A model generated the notes under the pieces. It saw only the letters and a list, made by a program, of their open reading frames with translations. It was not told where the DNA came from and made no database searches. Position numbers and translations under genes: made by a program. Source: a virus (Duplodnaviria > Caudoviricetes). Taken from it: a stretch of 64,000 nucleotides of DNA. Shown here one piece after another: positions 58,701 through 64,000 of the stretch. Position 1 is the stretch's first letter. Each line of letters begins with the position of its first letter. The stretch lies in the IMG/VR virus record IMGVR_UViG_3300042975_000096. The stretch is one strand, 5' to 3'.

Positions 58701-61700
58701 TTAATAATATCTTGTTATTTCTTTGTGAATTTCATCTAATGATAAATAATCAGTTGCTTCTTCAATTTTTTTAATAATCATTTCTTTTTTCTTTGCAGTT
58801 ACTTTGAAATCCTTTTCCATAACATTAAGTTCATCAATATATGAAGCCTTAATATCTTTTAATTGCTCATTCGTTTTACCATCTTCGATATTAGCAATGT
58901 TTTTGCTATCACAATCTTCCACATGATAATCTTTTGGAACAACTTCAGTATTAATTTTCGATTTTCTAAAATTCTTATCTATGGTTTCAGCATCATATGC
59001 TTTCATATTTGAATTATTAATTAATTCTTCTATACCAACTTCACTGGCATATTTATCTGAAGATAATTGAACTAGTTGTTTTTTATCAACAAAATTAGAG
59101 ATAACCTCATCAATATTATCAACATTGATAATATTTTTCAATTTATTAATCAAATTTCTTTTGGAAATAATAACTTTGCCGTATTCTTTATTATCATTAA
59201 ACTTATTGAATGTTTTTGTTGCCGTTGATACATTAAACAAACCATCAATAATGTCTTTACCAAAATGATTAATTAACAATTCAGGATTCAATCTACCTTC
59301 TCGCACATAGCCAAAATCTTGCTTAATTACATTTTTAACTCCATAATCTTTATGATAAAGTGTAACTTCTGCCGTAACATAATTATCTTTTATATTAACG
59401 TTATTAAAAGAAATACATTTAATATTTTTAGGCAATCCACTCAAAAATTGAACTTTAAATTCAGATGCAGTAATTTTCTTTTCTGTCTGCCTTGTATCAC
59501 AATCATCAACATATTCTGCTTCTAATTTTTTATCTTCAACCTTGCTCTTTTTAAGCATGTTTTCTTTTTTTAGGTTTTCATTAACTTTAATATCACAATG
59601 TCTAATAAGCTCTTCAAAATTCATTTCACTGGCATATTTAGTTGATGAAACTTTTGTTATTTTTCCTTCATGTTCTAATTTAGAAATCAATTCATTAATT
59701 TTTTCACAATCAATCAAATCTTTCAGTTTATTGTGAAAATCAGAAGTAGAAATAATAACTTTACCGTGTCTATCTTCACCATTTTCCTTAACATATGATT
59801 TCAATAAATCACTTTGCGCAAACGACTTAGCTAATCTATTTAATGGTATTTCTTTTCCATATACGTCAAAAACAATATTATCATTTTTAATCTTAGCCAT
59901 CAAATTACGTTTACTTGAATTATTGCTTTTCAAAGAAACCGTCATATTAACGTTATCTAACATTTTCAACTCATACGAAGTGATATATGAATCTAACATA
60001 GATTTTACTTTTTTATACAAATTTTTCTTTTGAGCAAAAGCCTCAACTCTCGTATCATTATCAGAAATATACTGTCTCAATAACGCTCTATAAGAAACTT
60101 TATTTCCTTTTTCAAGATTTGCAGTTTTTATATCACTATCGACTTCATAATCACAATTTCTAATTAAATCATCGAATGATAATTTACTAGCATATGTCGT
60201 AGAATTTAATTTCGTTATTTTTTTATCGCACTCTAATTTAGAAATCAATTCATCAATTTGTGATTTTGAAATATAATCACGCAATTTTTCATTAAACATT
60301 GCCTTACTAATAATAATTTTATTTTCTTTTGATAAATCATCATTTTCAATATCATTATCATTTAAATATGCCATCAGTAATTTACTTTTTGAAAACATAT
60401 TAGATAATGCCTGTAATGAAACGTCTTTTCCACCAACATTACATAAAATAGCCCCATCATGAATGCAAGCTGAAACATTTCTTTGTTTCCCATTATTTGT
60501 TTTAAATGATAAAACAAACTTATCAGAACTTAACATTTTTACATCAAAATTTTTAAAATGTTTTTCAACAGCTTCTACAACTTTGTTCTTCTTAAGCTCA
60601 ACGTTTTTTACTGCTAATTTATTTCTTGTATCATTATCTTTGGTTTCATAAGAATAGAATTTATCATCCTGACCAAATTTTGCCTGTGCCAATTTTATCT
60701 GTTTGATTGCTTCGTCAGATAAAAATTCCACATTTAATTTTTTAATTAACTCGTTCAAACTAAATTTACTAGCGTATGTCGTAGAATTTAATTTTGAAGC
60801 TAACTTCTGATTTTCCAATCCCTCTAGCATCAAACCAATATTTTTAGGAGAAATTAAATGTGATAATTTATTTCTAATTGTTTTTGTGCTATAAACATAT
60901 CCACCAGCAATTTGCTTATCCGAACCGTTCAAGTATGCAACAACTTTTTTATCTTCTTCTCCAAATTGATTCATTAACTGTGCCACCGTATAACGCTCAC
61001 AATTATTATCTTCAATATAATTTAATTTTGAAACTTTCTCCTTATTAATCGAAAAATCAAAATTAAACGTGTCTCTAATGTTGTTATGCATAATTTCAGC
61101 GGTAACAAATAATTTATCCATATCTCGTGATGCACGAACTATTTGCGTAACTGAAAAAGTCTTATTCAAAATATTTGAAGCTTCTAATGCCAATCTATTA
61201 GCAGATTTATTTTCATAACTACCTTTAGCAACTTTATTCGCAACAAATTCTAAAGAGTGATTCTCTTCCCCTGCAAATTTTTCTTTTGTATCAGGAAATA
61301 AATAATTCAAATCATATGTTGAAGCATATTCATTACTGCCAACAGCAACAATATTACCTTCCTCAATATTTTTATTGATAAGTTTCTTAGCTAATTCCAA
61401 TCTGTTATTGCAACGTTTTAATATTTCGTATCTTGTCATAACCGTATATTTAAATGTTGCTTTTTTTACTTTAGTTGATTTTTTCAAATCAATATTTTTT
61501 ACATCCTCAATGGAATCTTGAACACCTGCAATACTAAATGGATATTCATTTACCATATCTGCAATACACGTTTTAAATAATGGTTTATTAACAATATTTC
61601 CGTCAGTTTCCTCATATTCAAATGTATAATCCATTGGATTGTTTTCAAAATTAACTGCAATTTTAACCTTACCGTTTTTAGCTTCTGCTTTAGCTTGATA

Positions 61701-61964
61701 ACGATATTGTCTTAAAAACTTAGCTAATTTAGCCATTGCATATGTCTTTAACTGAAAATCATTCAATGACAATTTAATATCTCTTACATTACCCAACTCT
61801 GAATTTCTTTCAGCTAATGTAACTTTACTATTAATAACCTTGTTATTAAATTCAATATCCATATTTCGTTTTACTGGTTGAGTAAATTCAATATCATTTA
61901 TCCATTGTATAGGTTTTACTTCAGGATTTGATGTGAACAATTTTCCATCTACTTCATTAGGCAT
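58701..61964 (-). CDS. Large basic protein with ~190-aa internal repeats
   Basis: About five repeats of IIS...KL...IDELISKLE..KITKL.ST.YAS...ELI...D.DTR. Confidence 0.7.
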   Translation of the reverse strand: MPNEVDGKLFTSNPEVKPIQWINDIEFTQPVKRNMDIEFNNKVINSKVTLAERNSELGNVRDIKLSLNDFQLKTYAMAKLAKFLRQYRYQAKAEAKNGKVKIAVNFENNPMDYTFEYEETDGNIVNKPLFKTCIADMVNEYPFSIAGVQDSIEDVKNIDLKKSTKVKKATFKYTVMTRYEILKRCNNRLELAKKLINKNIEEGNIVAVGSNEYASTYDLNYLFPDTKEKFAGEENHSLEFVANKVAKGSYENKSANRLALEASNILNKTFSVTQIVRASRDMDKLFVTAEIMHNNIRDTFNFDFSINKEKVSKLNYIEDNNCERYTVAQLMNQFGEEDKKVVAYLNGSDKQIAGGYVYSTKTIRNKLSHLISPKNIGLMLEGLENQKLASKLNSTTYASKFSLNELIKKLNVEFLSDEAIKQIKLAQAKFGQDDKFYSYETKDNDTRNKLAVKNVELKKNKVVEAVEKHFKNFDVKMLSSDKFVLSFKTNNGKQRNVSACIHDGAILCNVGGKDVSLQALSNMFSKSKLLMAYLNDNDIENDDLSKENKIIISKAMFNEKLRDYISKSQIDELISKLECDKKITKLNSTTYASKLSFDDLIRNCDYEVDSDIKTANLEKGNKVSYRALLRQYISDNDTRVEAFAQKKNLYKKVKSMLDSYITSYELKMLDNVNMTVSLKSNNSSKRNLMAKIKNDNIVFDVYGKEIPLNRLAKSFAQSDLLKSYVKENGEDRHGKVIISTSDFHNKLKDLIDCEKINELISKLEHEGKITKVSSTKYASEMNFEELIRHCDIKVNENLKKENMLKKSKVEDKKLEAEYVDDCDTRQTEKKITASEFKVQFLSGLPKNIKCISFNNVNIKDNYVTAEVTLYHKDYGVKNVIKQDFGYVREGRLNPELLINHFGKDIIDGLFNVSTATKTFNKFNDNKEYGKVIISKRNLINKLKNIINVDNIDEVISNFVDKKQLVQLSSDKYASEVGIEELINNSNMKAYDAETIDKNFRKSKINTEVVPKDYHVEDCDSKNIANIEDGKTNEQLKDIKASYIDELNVMEKDFKVTAKKKEMIIKKIEEATDYLSLDEIHKEITRYY

Positions 61965-61981
61965 TTGACATTCAGCTCCTT

Positions 61982-62323
61982 TTATGCCATTCTTCCATAA
62001 ATATTATTTATGGCTTCATCAACTGTGCTATAAAATCCACGATATTTTACGTCTGACCATTTCGGTTGTTTATACCCTGCCAATTGGCATCTAGCAGAAA
62101 TTACAACAAATACCTCATCGAGATTTTCATTATCTAAAACAATTTTCCAAACTTCATATACATCAATAATGTCTTTTATGTCAACAGCCGTATAAAAATC
62201 TTCTATATTACTTTTCGCTCTATTCTTTTGTTTCCTAATACTTCTAATAGGAACAGGAGGATTGGCAAACTTTTCTTTTAATAATGAACTAACATTATCG
62301 CTTGCATTATGGATTGCATCCAT
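61982..62323 (-). CDS. Hypothetical protein
   Basis: 113 aa in a co-oriented gene run. Confidence 0.55.
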   Translation of the reverse strand: MDAIHNASDNVSSLLKEKFANPPVPIRSIRKQKNRAKSNIEDFYTAVDIKDIIDVYEVWKIVLDNENLDEVFVVISARCQLAGYKQPKWSDVKYRGFYSTVDEAINNIYGRMA

Positions 62324-62367
62324 AACTTCACTTAAAGGAATATTTCCTATATTATCCTCTGCAAAAT

Positions 62368-63237
62368 TTAATCGTTTTTTTTTAGACTCGCATGAGCTAC
62401 AGGAACTTCAAACTGTTCTGGTTTTACACCATCAAAACCGCGCATATCTGAAATATAATCCCAACCATTAGTTCCACCTTCATAAGGAGCATCATATGGG
62501 TCTTGATTTTCACACAACATTTTTTCCATATTGGTCAAACCTTCATTGCTAATGCCAAAATCCTGATAATGTTCTGGAGCTACATCCTCAATTTTATTAT
62601 TCATTAAATCTGTCGTTAATTCTACTGCATAATCCTGTGGGAAAATCTCCTGATAATAATCTAATAGATTAGAAACCCTTGCTTCTGAAAGATTGCTACC
62701 CATTTCTTCAATATCATCGATTTCACCAAAACACAATTTCAAAGCTTCACTATTGCCAAATGCTTTTTTTGCTACTGCTAATTTAGTTTTAAGGTTTGCC
62801 TTTGTTGCTAAACGCATAATATTCTTTAATCTCTTAGCATAAAAAGCTCTATCATCCGTAAGAACAGGATAAACAGTATATCCTTTTTCTTTAATTTGTT
62901 CAGCAATTGCTTTTTTCAAATTGTTATTATAACGCAATGTGAAACCTTCATAAAAATCCTGAAGAGAACCATCAATACCATTCCATAATGTAAGAATGTA
63001 ATCGGCTAAAAACTCTGGATGATAGTGCATATTGATTACTTCTTGAGCAGCAGTTTTTTTATTTGATTTATGCAATTTAGACCATTGCTGAAATGCATAT
63101 GGCTCTAACTGATATCCTTTCAAATAATCATTCATACATGGGTCTGCCAATTCATCTCCATCGTCACGCCAATTCAAATCCAAATCATAATCATATTCTT
63201 TTGGTTTTTGTGTCATTCTTTTCATCTCTTGTGACAT
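62368..63237 (-). CDS. Hypothetical acidic protein with internal basic KxA linkers
   Basis: 289 aa; NKKTAA and KRLKNIMRLATK...AKKAF segments. Confidence 0.55.
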   Translation of the reverse strand: MSQEMKRMTQKPKEYDYDLDLNWRDDGDELADPCMNDYLKGYQLEPYAFQQWSKLHKSNKKTAAQEVINMHYHPEFLADYILTLWNGIDGSLQDFYEGFTLRYNNNLKKAIAEQIKEKGYTVYPVLTDDRAFYAKRLKNIMRLATKANLKTKLAVAKKAFGNSEALKLCFGEIDDIEEMGSNLSEARVSNLLDYYQEIFPQDYAVELTTDLMNNKIEDVAPEHYQDFGISNEGLTNMEKMLCENQDPYDAPYEGGTNGWDYISDMRGFDGVKPEQFEVPVAHASLKKND

Positions 63238-63914
63238 TAGCGATTTCCCCCTTTTTCTGTCGTTTCAGATTTTGCAATAGATAATACAATGTTTTTTGAA
63301 GCATTGTTAAAACCATTCATAATTAATTTTTCTCTAATCTCGGAAACCAAATTATCAGTTACAACACATTTTCCTTCTTTTAATGTTGCAATAATTTTCT
63401 TATCCAATTTCTCCAACAAAACCTTGTATTTACCACTATTATTTATTGTATTTGATACCGTATCTTTTTGTTCATTTGAAGAAGCTTTTTTTGTTCTGAC
63501 TACATCATTTTCGTCATCACCATTAATTTCTTTCACTAAATATTGCTGTCCATCTTCATAGGTTTTCAATGTCCAAATAGAACCTTCATCAAACCCATAA
63601 TCATACACACCTGCAATCGACGTTTTATTATATGCTTGATATTTATTGTTTCCTAGATTTTTAAAATCTTTCAAAATTTTTTCGTCTGCTTTAAACTTCG
63701 GTACTTCTGGAGAATAATACACATTAAAATATTCTCCTGTTTTTTCATAGCTTGCCTGATACCCATTCACGTTCAAATCGTTCTTTACTTTTTTTGCTTC
63801 TGGTTCAGAATTTACTACAGAAAACAATTTTTTGTTTTGTTTTTTTAAATTTTTAGCGATTCGTGTAAACGTTTCATTGTCAAAAATTTCATCTGATATT
63901 CGTTTAATCACCAT
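63237..63914 (-). CDS. Hypothetical protein with KRIS leader
   Basis: GGGAG RBS; starts MVIKRISDE; internal TKKASS. Confidence 0.55.
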   Translation of the reverse strand: MVIKRISDEIFDNETFTRIAKNLKKQNKKLFSVVNSEPEAKKVKNDLNVNGYQASYEKTGEYFNVYYSPEVPKFKADEKILKDFKNLGNNKYQAYNKTSIAGVYDYGFDEGSIWTLKTYEDGQQYLVKEINGDDENDVVRTKKASSNEQKDTVSNTINNSGKYKVLLEKLDKKIIATLKEGKCVVTDNLVSEIREKLIMNGFNNASKNIVLSIAKSETTEKGGNR

Positions 63915-64000
63915 TATTTCACTCCCATTAAAATTTTAGTAAATCCTGAAATCAACTTACATTTTTTGCCCTTGCAATCGACAAAAAATCATACATCTAT

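Noticed and set aside
1-64000. tRNA, rRNA, integrase, transposase, intron or intein
   Set aside because: None recognised by eye; intergenic gaps are short. tRNAscan and Infernal were not run.

Overview
The window is a 64-kb, very AT-rich segment of a large tailed phage, most likely a jumbo myovirus. Strong GGAGG/AGGTG ribosome-binding sites and sigma-A-type promoters point to a Bacillota-like host. Almost all genes are on the minus strand. The head module comprises portal (50009-51787), a Zn-finger prohead protease (47393-48298), a scaffold candidate, a head-decoration protein and the major capsid protein (43224-44063). Neck and tail-completion genes and the start of the tail sheath lie at the left end. 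An 18-aa-repeat fibre protein and many small or acidic putative head-internal proteins are also present. Interleaved with these is a large modification arsenal: six radical SAM enzymes, two Cys-rich candidate substrates, GT2/GT4/GT8 glycosyltransferases, a NodU-type carbamoyltransferase, a nucleotide-sugar dehydrogenase, a DegT aminotransferase, three paralogues of an unnamed family and two DNA methyltransferases. Nucleotide-handling genes include a DinG helicase, a fused all-alpha dNTPase, an NDT-NUDIX fusion, a SLOG protein and an HD-GYP-like protein. The main leads are: (1) a late-promoter-led operon suggesting enzymatic decoration (thioether, glycan, carbamoyl) of a virion protein; (2) a rSAM/SPASM enzyme paired with a 31-Cys CQx/CQxxx peptide; (3) a shared N-terminal K-R-L-[IV]-x-[A/S] leader on about 10 unrelated proteins that recurs inside a modular polyprotein, a candidate capsid-targeting and protease-cleavage signal; (4) a TATT-N7-TAG late-promoter motif; (5) an unannotated ~135-nt structured RNA with its own promoter and terminator. 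All assignments come from reading motifs by eye; no database search was run.
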